DNA of 64,000 nt from Eledone cirrhosa (lineage: Eukaryota): positions 46,314,001 through 46,378,000 of the forward strand of contig OZ024752.1 of NCBI GenBank assembly GCA_964016885.1, given 5' to 3'. Both the position numbers and the translations under genes were made by a program. The notes beneath the pieces were generated by a model. It saw only the letters and a list, made by a program, of their open reading frames with translations. It had not been told where the DNA came from and did not search any database. Below, piece by piece: positions 24,085 through 37,395 of the stretch (position 1 is its first letter; every line of letters starts with the position of its first letter).

Positions 24085-24280
24085 ACGAAGGAGTTGTGGT
24101 AAGAAACCAGATGGACCATAATGCACCAGAGTACTCAATACTTAGGGTAGTAGAGTGGGTAATAGGAAAATGCATGACCCCGACGGCAGAGCTCAAGCCG
24201 TTTCAACGGCTATTTCTGGACTCCAGAAATAGCCGTCGAAACAGCTTGAGCTCTGCCGTCGGGGTCATACATTTTCCTAT
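24084..24280 (-). mobile_element. Fold-back element family D copy
   Basis: Same tail and palindrome as 18689-18891; GAAACAGCTTGAGCTCTGCCGTC GGGGTC at 24238-24266. Confidence 0.7.
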
Positions 24281-24315
24281 ATATCATCATATATATATAT
24301 ATATTTATATATATT

Positions 24316-24382
<67 letters not shown>

Positions 24383-24466
24383 GTGTGTATTTATTCATCA
24401 TCATTGTTTTTTCTAGAGAGAGAGGCACTGAAGTGGATAGATGGATAGAGAAGAAGACATACACAC

Positions 24467-24507
<41 letters not shown>

Positions 24508-24525
24508 TATATATATATATCAAAA

Positions 24526-25207
24526 CACACCCCCGTCCCACCACCTCCACCCCATCCACACCGCCCCTTTCAATGTAAAGTTATGTTGGTCCCACAACAT
24601 CCAGGCCGAAACAAATGAGATCGTGTAGGTGTCACGAAAAAAAAAACACACAGTCCACGCTGTAAATGTGGCCGTGTAGGCAACACGGTAAAAACCTCCC
24701 AGCCCCACACTGTAAATGTGGTTGGTGTTAGGAAGGGCATCCAGCTGTAGAAAACCCGCCAGACAGTCCACGCTATAATGTGGCCGTGTAGGCAACACGG
24801 TAAAAACCTCCCAGCCCCACACTGTAAATGTGGTTGGTGTTAGGAAGGGCATCCAGCTGTAGAAAACCCGCCAGACAGTCCACGCTGTAATGTGGCCGTG
24901 TAGGCAACACGGTAAAAACCTCCCAGCCCCACACTGTAAATGTGGTTGGTGTTAGGAAGGGCATCCAACTGTAGAAAACCCGCCAGACAGTCCACGCTGT
25001 AATGTGGCCGTGTAGGCAACACAGTAAAAACCTCCCAGCCCCACACTGTAAATGTGGTTGGTGTTAGGAAGGGCATCCAACTGTAGAAAACCCACCAGAC
25101 AGTCCTATGCGAACAAGACAACCACTCTTGCCTCAAGTGGGAAAACCCCCGTCCAAACCCATGCAAGCGTGGGACACGGACGCTAAACCTGATGATGATG
25201 ATGATGA
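24526..25207 (+). mobile_element. SINE family B with four tandem 112-bp internal units
   Basis: ggtgttaggaagggcatcca recurs at about 112-bp spacing; tail catgcaagcgtgggacacggacg...(GAT)n. Confidence 0.8.
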
Positions 25208-25317
25208 TATATATGAAAAATATGGGGAGAAGAATACTGCATTGTTGCACATGGATTACATGTTATAAAATGAGTCCCTCATCAGTGATTTGCCAACAAT
25301 CATTGGTATTTCATCGC

Positions 25318-25351
<34 letters not shown>

Positions 25352-25388
25352 ATTAAATAAATGGAAACTATATTTATAAAACCATATT

Positions 25389-25454
25389 TATTTCGTTATA
25401 TATATTTCAGGGATATCATATTAACAATATGTTATGCCTTCTTCAGACAAAATA
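25389..25454 (-). ncRNA. Type I hammerhead ribozyme motif with palindromic stem III
   Basis: TATTTTGT CTGAAGA AGG...CCT GAAA TATATA TA ACGAAATA; 8-bp stem I with one G-U pair. Confidence 0.75.
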
Positions 25455-25583
25455 CAATATAAACAGTCTTATAAATAAATAGATACGACATACCTTTCAA
25501 TCACCTTGCATTTGGGAGGTTGATTTATGCAAGGTGATTGAAAGGTATGTCGTATCTATTTATTTATAAGACTGTTTATATTG

Positions 25584-25649
25584 TATTTTGTCTGAAGAAG
25601 GCATAACATATTGTTAATATGATATCCCTGAAATATATATAATGAAATA
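25584..25649 (+). ncRNA. Type I hammerhead ribozyme motif with palindromic stem III
   Basis: TATTTTGT CTGAAGA(25592-98) AGG cat aaca tat tgtt aat atg atatc CCT GAAA(25630-33) TATATA TA ATGAAATA. Confidence 0.72.
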
Positions 25650-25779
25650 AATATGGTTTTATAAATATAGTTTCCATTTATTTAATATCGTAAATATACT
25701 CCAAATACTTGTTGAGTGCTTTTATATCAGTTATAAATATTTACTCGTTGTTAACCCAACAATTTAAATATAACTTTCC

Positions 25780-25861
<82 letters not shown>

Positions 25862-25974
25862 CCTCCTCATCATTTCGGGAGGGACAAGGTCAACAATGGA
25901 GAACAGTGAAAAACCAACATGGAGAACAATTCCATTATGTTTGTGTCTATATATATATATATATATACACACAT

Positions 25975-26010
<36 letters not shown>

Positions 26011-26012
<2 letters not shown>

Positions 26013-26356
26013 CATCATCATCATCATCATCAACGTTTAACGTCCGTGTTCCACGCTTGCATGGGTTTGGACGGGGGTAGTCCCACTTGAGGCAAGAGTG
26101 ATTGTCTTGCTCGCATAGGACTGTCTGGCAGGTTTTCTACAGTTGGATGCCCTTCCTAACACCAACCACATTTACAGTGTGGGTCTGGGAGGTTTTTACC
26201 GTGTTGCCTACACGGCCACATTACAGCGTGGACTGTGTGTTTTTTGTCGTGACACCTACACGATCTCATTTGTTTCGGCCTCGATGGCGCGGCACCAACA
26301 TAACTTTACATAGAACGGGGTGGTGTGGATCGGGTGGGGGTGGTGGGACGGGGTGT
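26011..26356 (-). mobile_element. SINE family B
   Basis: Reverse complement of 24526-25207, with a single internal unit. Confidence 0.8.
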
Positions 26357-26382
26357 ATATATATATATATATATATACACAT

Positions 26383-26420
<38 letters not shown>

Positions 26421-26652
26421 GTGTGTGAGTGTGTGTGTATGTGTATATATATATATATATATATGTGTGTGTATGTGTGTATATATATATATGTGTGTAT
26501 GTGTGTGTGTGTATATATATATATATATGTAGGAGGTGAGTTTTATTGTAGTACAATAAAGCAATGCAGATATCGGATAAGAAGCACTCTACAGTTTGTA
26601 GGACTGGAGTATACATAATATAAGATCAAAAGATGGTTAAAGGAGTTCCATG

Positions 26653-26723
26653 TATTTTATTATGCGCATTTCAAAAACAAACATCATCATGCAATAATAT
26701 TTGTGTTTTCATCAGATAAAACA
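26653..26723 (-). ncRNA. Type I hammerhead ribozyme motif (stem III ATGCGCAT)
   Basis: Exact reverse complement of 26830-26900. Confidence 0.82.
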
Positions 26724-26829
26724 GGAGAACATGATATGAAGGCTAAAAAACACTTGTTGATAGTGCAGTTATGTTGATTTAAAACTGCACTATCCACAAG
26801 TGTTTTTTAGCCTTCATATCATGTTCTCC

Positions 26830-26900
26830 TGTTTTATCTGATGAAAACACAAATATTATTGCATGATGATGTTTGTTTTTGAAATGCGCATAATAAAATA
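26830..26900 (+). ncRNA. Type I hammerhead ribozyme motif (stem III ATGCGCAT, AUA triplet)
   Basis: TGTTTTAT CTGATGA(26838-44) long stem II GAAA(26881-84) TGCGCA TA ATAAAATA; 8-bp stem I. Confidence 0.82.
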
Positions 26901-26935
26901 CATGGAACTCCTTTAACCATCTTTTGATCTTATAT

Positions 26936-27044
<109 letters not shown>

Positions 27045-27055
27045 ATATGTGTGTT

Positions 27056-27086
<31 letters not shown>

Positions 27087-27097
27087 ATATGTGTGTT

Positions 27098-27178
<81 letters not shown>

Positions 27179-27187
27179 ATATGTGTC

Positions 27188-27292
<105 letters not shown>

Positions 27293-27376
27293 GTGTCTTC
27301 TTCTCCATCCATCTATCCACTTCAGTGCCTCTCTCTCTAGAAAAAACAATGATGATGAATAAATACACACACACAT

Positions 27377-27435
<59 letters not shown>

Positions 27436-27436
27436 T

Positions 27437-27487
<51 letters not shown>

Positions 27488-27500
27488 TACACACACACAT

Positions 27501-27561
<61 letters not shown>

Positions 27562-27564
27562 TAC

Positions 27565-27609
<45 letters not shown>

Positions 27610-27838
27610 CACACACATACACACATACACACACATATATATATATATATCATTGTGTAGAACAATTCCAGTATGTCTACAGCCAATTGTCAATGATAAC
27701 CCACCAAGTACTGATAGTTCACTCTCTTATCTTTAAAGTCAAAAATATGCTCCATGTTAGCATGGGTTGGATGAGACTTTTTGAGGCATTGTTTTATTTA
27801 CAGCCAGATGTCCTTTCCAGATATCAATGCTTTTAGTT

Positions 27839-27889
27839 GCTTCTACAGGACTAGAACTGTTTCATTCCAAAAGAAATCATCAGGAAAGC
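27839..27889 (-). ncRNA. Hammerhead motif, family C
   Basis: GCTTTC CTGATGA tttcttttggaat GAAA CAG ttctagtc CTG TA GAAGC; the inverted partner on the plus strand has the mutated core CTGGTGA. Confidence 0.65.
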
Positions 27890-27973
27890 TTTCCTGGTGA
27901 TTTCTTTTTGAATGAAATGAAACAGTTCTAGTCCTGTAGAAGCCATTTCTATATTAAACATCACTTAAATATC

Positions 27974-28200
<227 letters not shown>

Positions 28201-28514
28201 TATAAGACAGACTTCTGCAATTTCACTTCAGCTGCTGTTTCTAGAATTTTTTTCAGATATTCTCAACCACTCACATACTGACACTTTCCTCTCTTGTCAT
28301 ATATATATATAGTCTTACACACACACACACACACACACGCCAACCCACACACACACACGCCAACCCCCCCCCCCACACACATGCACTTATAGTACTATTT
28401 AACCAGTTTTGCACATTTTTATTATCATTGTGTTTGTGTAATTGGAGTGGAACCAGAATCATCTAACCTTCAGATATAAAGAATTACTAAAATAAATATA
28501 TATATATATATATA

Positions 28515-29290
28515 TCATCATCATCATCATCATCGTTTAACATCTATCTTCCACGCTAGCATGGGTTAGACGAGAATTGTCCCACTTGAGGCAAGATTGG
28601 TCGGGTGACCGTGTCTCGATCATATAGGACTATCTGGCAGGTTTTCTACGGCTGGATGCCCTTCCTAACACCAACCACATTTACAGTGTGGACTGGGAGC
28701 TTTTTACTGTGTTACCTACACGGCCACATTACAGCGTGGACTGTGTGTTTTTTTTGTCATGACACCTAACACGATCTCATTAGTTTGGACTGGATGTTGT
28801 GGGACCAACATAACTTTATAGAGAAAGGGTGGTGTGTATGTGTGTGTATATATATATATATATATACACACATATATATATATATATATATATCATCATC
28901 ATCATCATCATCACCGTTTTACGTCCGTTCTTCCATGCTAGCATGGGTTAGACGGGTTGTCCTGTTGTGGGCAGTGTCTGGACGGCTGACCATGCCTTGC
29001 TCATACAGGAACTGATTTGGCTTGATTTCTACAGCTGGATGCCCTTCCTAACACCAACCTCATTTACAGTGAGTGCTGGGTGCTTTTTCGTGGCGCCTAC
29101 ACGTCCACTCTACAGTGTGTGGTGGGTGCTTTTTTGCCGTGGCACCTCCACGACAACCTTGCAGTGGGAGGGTGTGGGGGCATATTGTCTATATGCTTCA
29201 GCTTGTACCCATGGGAGGTCGGGTACTCTGTATTACTGCGTGACGCCAGAGGTCACGGTCATGTGTCATCGCCTTTGAGAGGTGTAATTG
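28515..29290 (-). mobile_element. Two SINE family B copies (about 28515-28835 and 28895-29290)
   Basis: (CAT)n tails, ttccatgctagcatgggttagacg and ggatgcccttcctaacaccaacc. Confidence 0.75.
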
Positions 29291-29417
29291 GGTAAGGTAT
29301 ATATATATATACACGTATGTGTGTGTATGAAAGTTCAGGACACCAACAGCTGAGCTCCTGCCAATTCAACAGCTAGATCTGACCTGTATATATATATATC
29401 AAATTTAATATAGAAAT

Positions 29418-29469
29418 GTCTTCTACGGGACTAGAACTGTTTCATTCAAAGGAAATCATCAGGAAAGAC
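29418..29469 (-). ncRNA. Hammerhead motif, family C (one stem III mismatch)
   Basis: GTCTTTC CTGATGA tttcctttgaat GAAA CAG ttctagtc CCG TA GAAGAC; followed by the same tail (attgagtaccttacttactgtggttacc) as 23975-24003. Confidence 0.6.
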
Positions 29470-29830
29470 CCAATGATTTCCTTCGAATGAAACAGTTAAA
29501 TTTGATGTTTACATTCTACTAATGTATTGAGTACCTTACTTACTGTGGTTACCCCCGATTGAACCCGGGAAAACATATATAGGGCTGGGAGGGGTTGGGA
29601 GGGCCCTTCAGTCGTGTCAAGGACTTGACAACCTCCCCTGTGGTGCACTCAGTAACACATATGACCATACGAAGATGAGGGGAGAAACATACTTACAAAC
29701 ACATACATCTATACAAACGTATATACATATATACATACACACAAACATATATACATACATACATACAAATACACACATACAAACATACATATATAGATAC
29801 ACATATACATATATACAAACACACATACAA

Positions 29831-29882
<52 letters not shown>

Positions 29883-29883
29883 G

Positions 29884-29915
<32 letters not shown>

Positions 29916-29987
29916 TATATACATATATACATATATACAAACACACATACAAACATACATATATATATATATATATATATACATATG

Positions 29988-30019
<32 letters not shown>

Positions 30020-30129
30020 TATATACATACATACATACAAACACACACATACAAACATACTTATTAACATACATATATACATATATACAAACACACATAC
30101 AAACATACATATATATATATATACATATG

Positions 30130-30161
<32 letters not shown>

Positions 30162-30213
30162 TATATACATACATATATACATATATACAAACACACACAC
30201 AAACATACATATG

Positions 30214-30245
<32 letters not shown>

Positions 30246-30313
30246 TACATACATATGTATATATATATACAAACACACATACAAACAACATATATACATG
30301 CATATATACATAT

Positions 30314-30346
<33 letters not shown>

Positions 30347-30733
30347 TATATACATACATATGTACATATATACATACACACACATATATATATATACACA
30401 CAAGGTACATATTTCATATTCAGCATTACTGGGGCTACAGAATCTATACCAACCCACCTGGACCATAACTAAACATGGGTTTGTTGGGTAAGAACATAGT
30501 CCCTTAATTCAAATGGTTACGATATCTGGACCCTTCAAAATGTGTATGCTTATACAAACGACGATAATTTCCTTTTCTTTACAACCTTGCCACCAGGAAC
30601 GGGGCCAGTCAAAAATAAACTTAATATTATGAGAAAGAGAGTACATAGATATACATATATGTATACATATATATTATATATATACATATATATATATACA
30701 AATATACAAATATACATACACACACACACACAC

Positions 30734-30807
<74 letters not shown>

Positions 30808-30811
<4 letters not shown>

Positions 30812-31288
30812 ATAATAATAAATTTGAAGACTAAAATCCAAAGAGGGTTCGATAAGGATAAATATATATCAAATGTATAAGAACCGTAGAGCAAATATTT
30901 AATCTGTTATTGTAATAAATATATATATATATATTTATTAAAATAACAGATTAAATATTACGAAGGAATTGTGGTAAGGAACCAGATGGACCATAACGCA
31001 CCAGAGTACTTAATACTTAGGGTAGTAGAGTGGGTAATAGGAAAAATTATGACCCCGACGGCAGAGCTCAAGCCGTTTCGACGGCTATTTCTGGACTGAT
31101 ATATATATTAAAATAACAGATTAAAGTTTAGCATAGAATCGCTGCTTTCACCCTTAACGGGATCTTTGCTTAAACTTTAATCTGTTATTTTAATAAATAT
31201 TTGCTCTAAGGCTCTTATATATTTGATATATATTTATCCTTATCGAGCTCTCTTTGGATTTTAGTCTTCACATTTATTATTATTACTA
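30808..31288. mobile_element. Nested fold-back element with inserted family D copy
   Basis: Outer arms about 30808-30900 / 31195-31288; inner palindrome about 31106-31195; family D fragment at 30960-31099. Confidence 0.6.
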
Positions 31289-31623
31289 TATATATATATA
31301 TATATATCCCCTATATATATATATCCCCTATATATATATATCCCCTAAACAATGAAGGGTATTTCTTGCGGACCCTCTAAACAAGGCCGCCTAAATAGGG
31401 AAGGATATTTCAAAAAGTCCCCCTAAAGAACAAGTAGAAATATTGATAGTAGGTCCCTAAGGGAGAAATATTGTTAGCAGGTTTAAACAAGGAGGTTTAT
31501 TATTAGAAGGCCTCCTAAACAAAAAGGGATATTAGTAGCAGAGCCCCTACAGAAGAAGGAAAAATATTGCTAATATTATTCAAAATGTTAATAAATGAAA
31601 AATATTCTCATAATCAAAATATA

Positions 31624-31686
31624 TATTTTATTATACATATTTCAAAGGTACAATGGTGTTTAATTATGTTTTCATCAGACAAAATA
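31624..31686 (-). ncRNA. Type I hammerhead ribozyme motif
   Basis: TATTTTGT CTGATGA aaacataattaaacaccattgtaccttt GAAA TATGTA TA ATAAAATA; same architecture as elements A and B. Confidence 0.7.
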
Positions 31687-31878
31687 TAAGATTTGATATG
31701 CGACATGCCGCTACGGTTTTGATTATTCAATTCCAGTATTGCCAGTGATTTATTTCATCAAATCTCAACGTTTTTATACCACAAATAAACTTAAAGAAGA
31801 AAACGACCACTGTTGAGTGCTTCTAATCTATTGTAATATTGTATTCGTTGGGTAATCAACAAACCATACTAATCTTTG

Positions 31879-32073
<195 letters not shown>

Positions 32074-32142
32074 AAGATATATGTATTAATATATTTGTAT
32101 ATATGTATCCATGTGTGGAGGCATGTATGCATGTTTGTATAT

Positions 32143-32243
<101 letters not shown>

Positions 32244-32399
32244 CAAACATGCATACATGCCTCCACAAACATATACATAGATAGCTATATACACACACTT
32301 ACACACATACATAACTATATCAAAACACATACAGATGTATATATGCATACATACACACATATACATACATACACAATAATGTTTTCTTAGCAATAACAA

Positions 32400-32762
32400 C
32401 AATTTCTGATTTAGGCTCAAGGGCAGCAATTTTTTGGGGAAAGGGAAAGTTGATTAAATTGACCCCAGTGTATTACTGGTACTTTATGTTATCGACCCTG
32501 TAAGGGTGAAAGGCAAAGATAATCTCAACAAGATAATAATAATAATGGTTTCTTATACACAAGCACAAAGCCAGTCTTTGGGGAGAGGGGAAAGTTGATT
32601 TAATTGACCCCAGTACATTACTGGTACTTTATTTTGATCGACCCCCGTAAGGATGAAAGGCAAAGTTAACCTCGGGCAGGGATTTGAACTCGGAACGTAA
32701 AGGGCCATAACTCTATGCTGCAAAGCATGGCGTCTGACGCTCCACCGATTATTGCCAAACCA
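32400..32762 (-). mobile_element. Two SINE family A copies
   Basis: actggtactttattttgatcgacccc...gaaaggcaaagttaacctc...ggatttgaactc. Confidence 0.8.
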
Positions 32763-32879
32763 ACAATAATAATAAAACATCCTTACCTGTGGTAACAGGA
32801 GGTAATAATCCAAACATAAAACAACTTAGTAAAACTCCGAAGAAGGCAGCTGGGTTTTTTTCCTGTTCCATTATAGTGA

Positions 32880-33480
32880 GAATGTTGTTGGTAGGTCCCT
32901 TAAACAATGAGGGATATTTCTAGCAAACTCCCTTAAACAATGAGGGATATTTCTAGCAATTCCTGCAAACAACTAAGAAGAATATTGCTAGAAGTCCCCT
33001 AAAAGAAGAAAGAGAGAGGTATAGTTGGCAGGTCCCCTAAACAATGAAGGGTATTTCTTGCGGACCCTCTAAACAAGGCCGCCTAGATAGGGAAGGATAT
33101 TTCAAAAAGTCCCCCTAAAGAACAAGTAGAAATATTGATAGTAGGTCCCCTAAGGGAGAAATATTGTTAGCAAACCCCCTAAACAAGGAGGTTTATTATT
33201 AGAAGGCCTCCTAAACAAAAAGGGATATTAGTAGCTGAGCCCCTACAGAAGAAGGAGAAATATTGCTAATAGACCCCTAAAGAACAACCAGAGATATTGT
33301 TAGTAAGAGCCCTAAAGGAAAGATATTGCTAGCAAACCTAAACAAGGGGCGATATTATTAACAGTGCCCCTAAAGAAGGAGAAATACTACTAGTAGACCC
33401 CTAAAGAAGAAGGAGAAATATTACTAGTAAACCCCTAAAGAAGAAAGAGGGATATTACTAGTAGACCCCTAAAGAAGAAA
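32880..33480. repeat. Degenerate 30-36 bp tandem repeat (cccctaaag/ac...atattgctagtag); a block of it is duplicated at 31342-31575
   Basis: cccctaaacaatgaagggtatttcttgcggaccctctaaacaaggccgcc occurs at both 31342 and 33034. Confidence 0.75.
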
Positions 33481-34089
33481 GAAAGATATATAGACATAAG
33501 GAAATGGTATAGTGATGTATATAGACATTTAGCAGTAAACCAGCAGCAGTCTGTGAGGAAGTTTCTCTTTGTGAAGTAATACCAACAAGAAAACACAGAC
33601 AAATGAATGGCAAGAAGAAATAAAGAAATAAATCATTAAAAAAATAATAAAATAAAATCTTGGTGGTGTTTTTTTTTTTTTCTATAACTGTTCTGTTGCT
33701 TTAGTTTTCATAGCACTTTTGACACGTGATTTGCAGTCCTTAAAATTCCTTTCGCTGTAGATTATCAAAAGAGTCTCTAACTTTTTTTTTTATTTAATAA
33801 TATCTTTATTTTCTTTGGTCTCTGGATTTATATATTTTTAACGTTAGATGTTTAATGTTTATGAAAAAAAAAAGGATATAATATTTTTTTCAAAACTTTT
33901 CACGATTGTATTTCTAACGAAATACCCTCTATTTCAATTAATTAATGGTGAATTCCGAGTGATTTACTAAAATTATTAATTCTTTCTTCACTAAGATAAT
34001 AACTTAACTAATGGTTCTTATATAAAATTTTGTTGTATTACCATTAATTAATGAGGAATTTTGAAAGATCAACAAACATTATTAATTAC

Positions 34090-34277
34090 AGTGGATTGGC
34101 AGTATCGGTAGAGGGTCGAACACCATGCTTTCCAGCATAGAGTTACGGCCTTTTACGGTCTGAGTTCAAATCCCGCCGAGGTTAACTTTGCCTTTCATCC
34201 TTACGGGGTCGATAAAATAAAGTACCAGTAATACACTGAGATAATTGCTGGCCTTGTGCCAGAAGTAGAAACAATTA
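34090..34277 (+). mobile_element. Full-length SINE family A
   Basis: A and B boxes, core and tail gtagaaacaattatt. Confidence 0.88.
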
Positions 34278-34329
34278 TTAATTATTCATTGTGCTGGTCT
34301 TCAAAATTAAAATTTGGGTTTCCTATTAA

Positions 34330-34915
34330 CCCTTTAGCATTCACATTACTCTATATACACTATTATATTTTCACAGTAAAGGCTTTACCTCTCATAATAT
34401 CTCACATAACATTCACATTACTCTATATATACTATTGTATTTTCATGGTAAAGGCTTTACCTCACATAATATCTCACATAACATTTACATTACTCTATAT
34501 ATACTATTGTATTTTCACAGTAAAGGCTTTACCTCTCATAATATCTCACATAACATTCACATTACTCTATATATACTATTGTATTTTCATGGTAAAGGCT
34601 TTACCTCACATAATATCTCACATAACATTTACATTACTCTATATATACTATTGTATTTTCACAGTAAAGGCTTTACCTCTCATAATATCTCACATAACAT
34701 TCACATTACTCTATATATACTATTGTATTTTCATGGTAAAGGCTTTACCTCTCATAATTATCTCACATAATATCGAATGAGATTTTGAAAGTATTTATTT
34801 TGAGAACAATACCTTAACATCAGTTTGAGCGACCAGTTACAGCCAGTTTCAACAGAAAGAGGTAGAGAATTCTGGCCGGTTTTGGCCGTTTGGGGCTAGT
34901 TTGAACATTAAAGGG
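34330..34915 (+). mobile_element. piggyBac-type MITE (TTAA TSD) with about 6 internal 72-bp tandem units
   Basis: TTAA|CCCTTTAGCATT ... TAAAGGG|TTAA. Confidence 0.88.
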
Positions 34916-35149
34916 TTAAACAATGTTTCAGGCAAGTTACAAAACCATTATTAATTACTTCATTACTAAGATAGTAAGGTTCTTATATAAAATTATGTTG
35001 GAAGAGTTCAATTTAAGTAGGAGCCTTTAAATTAGGTGGGTTTGTGTCATAGAACTAAAGCTGATTTTTCACCAGGTTAATATAAAGAGAGATTAGTCTT
35101 TTAATCATAGACTTATTAGGGTTAACTGGATTTACAAATTGCAGAGTTG

Positions 35150-35427
35150 GGGGTAGTGCTGGTGTTTGTGGTGTTGGTGGTAGTAGTAGTAGTAGTAGTA
35201 GTTGTAGTAGTAGTGGTAGTGGTGGTGATGGTGGTAGTAGTAGTAGTTGTGGTAGTGGTGGTGGTGGTGGTGGTGGTGGTGGTGGTGGTGGTGGTGGTGG
35301 TGGTGGTGGTGGTGGTAGTAGTAGTAGTAGTGGTGGTGGTGGTGGTGGTGGTAGTGGTGGTGGTGGTGGTGGTGGTGGTGGTGGTGGTGGTGGTGGTGGT
35401 GGCAGTAGTAGTAGTAGTAGTTGTAGT
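35150..35427. repeat. (GGT/AGT)n trinucleotide repeat
   Basis: Direct reading. Confidence 0.95.
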
Positions 35428-36278
35428 ATAAACATGCAGCAAAATAGAAACTTTTCAGGAAGAATCTAATTATTTCAAATGTAAACAACAGGAACTAAAT
35501 CAATATTTCGATTGGTCTTTCTATTGTTGTTAGTATGTCAGTCACAACTGGTAGAAGAAGAAAGACATGGAGCTTAGCATCAGATAAAACTAAGGCGACA
35601 ATGTTTTGATTGGTCTTTCTATTGTCGTTTCTACATCGGTCACAACTTCTGGTAGGAGGAGCAATAGAAAATAAAGTATTTTGCAGAACACAACACAATG
35701 TCTGGTCCATAATTGAACCCATAACCAATAAGATCATGAATTCAACAGTCTAACTTCAATGTAAGCCATCTAATTTCAATGAAAAACATGACCATTGCTC
35801 CCTTCTTCAACTCAAACATATCTGCTACAACATTTACCTAACTTTTTGTCATATAATTTCTATAATGTATTTATTTCTCTCCATAATGATAACTTTGATA
35901 GGTTTCAGCCAGTATTGGCCCAGGCCATGTCTAACTTAATAGCACCACCTGGCCAATATAATTTCTGATTTAGGCACAAGGCCAACAATTTTGGGGCTGG
36001 AGAAAGGTACTCTATTTTATCGACCCTGTATGGTTGAAAGGCAAAGCTAACCTAAGCTAATCTCTCCATAATAATTGTTTCTACTTTAGGCACAAGACCA
36101 GATATTTGAATGGGAGAGGGGAAAGTCAATTAAATCGACCCCAGTGTGTTACTGGTACTTTATTTTATCAACTCTGTAAGGTTGAAAGCAAAGTTAACCT
36201 CGGCTAATCTCTCCTTAACAATAAATAATAAAAAAATTTTTTATATAAGATTAGTTCACTTCTTCCTAATTTCATTTA

Positions 36279-36569
36279 CCCTTTAGCATTTACATTTCTC
36301 TATATATACTTTTGTATTTTTGTGGTAAAAGCTTCATCTTACATAATTATCTCACATAATATCAACAATTTATTTTGAGAACAATACCTTAATGTCTGAA
36401 TGAGTAGCCAGTTATGGCAGGTTTGAACAGAAAGCAGTGAGAGAATTCTGGCCAGATGCAGCCAGTTTGAACAGAAAGAGGTGAGAGAATTCTGGCCAGA
36501 TACAGCCAGTTTGAACAGAAAGAGGTGAGAGAATTCTGGCCAGATATGGCCAGTTTAAATGCTAAAGGG
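36279..36569 (+). mobile_element. piggyBac-type MITE with internal triplication of about 44 bp
   Basis: CCCTTTAGCATTTA ... TAAATGCTAAAGGG; gtttgaacagaaag...gagaattctggccagat x3. Confidence 0.8.
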
Positions 36570-36827
36570 TTGATTATTTTATTACAAATAATAAATTAGA
36601 TAAAAACATTCTTCAGCAAATGTTACACAATGTCGAAATATTCTAAATTTACTTTTAATCTTCCCATAAACAATGTTTGAAACATTTGAGAAGTGGGGAG
36701 TGAAACAATTTATATTTTGATGAGACTTAACTGACTGTTTCTCATCTCAGTCTCACTTCTAAAAAGAAAAAAGACAAACTAGTAGCAATCTTTGTAGTTT
36801 TCTGCGATAGTATGACAATGTAAAAGG

Positions 36828-36850
36828 TCAGAGGTCAAATCTGATGAGCT

Positions 36851-36930
<80 letters not shown>

Positions 36931-36953
36931 AGCTCATCAGATTTGACCTCTGA
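36828..36953. repeat. 28-bp perfect inverted repeat containing CTGATGA, enclosing pure (TA)n
   Basis: tcagaggtcaaatCTGATGAgctcttta ... taaagagcTCATCAGatttgacctctga. Confidence 0.9.
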
Positions 36954-36955
36954 TA

Positions 36956-36996
<41 letters not shown>

Positions 36997-37014
36997 TTAT
37001 ATATATATATTTTT

Positions 37015-37048
<34 letters not shown>

Positions 37049-37096
37049 ACATACACACACATATATGTACATATATACACACATATATATATATAC

Positions 37097-37148
<52 letters not shown>

Positions 37149-37197
37149 ATATGTGTGTATATGTATATATATATGTATGTAAATATATATATATATG

Positions 37198-37244
<47 letters not shown>

Positions 37245-37301
37245 ATATGTGTGTATATGTATGTATATATATATGTATGTAAATATATATATATATATAT
37301 G

Positions 37302-37356
<55 letters not shown>

Positions 37357-37361
37357 CCATT

Positions 37362-37395
<34 letters not shown>

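Larger units (their letters stand above)
25349..25780 (+). mobile_element. Palindromic Penelope-like pLTR element A (163-bp arms, 15-nt loop, about 90-nt tail) in (TA)n
   Basis: Arms 25349-25511 and 25527-25689 are near-perfect reverse complements; each carries a hammerhead; (TA)n on both sides. Confidence 0.75.

Noticed and set aside
35495-35737. 80-aa minus-strand ORF in unique sequence
   Set aside because: No recognisable motif, contains a local duplication, no convincing splice sites.
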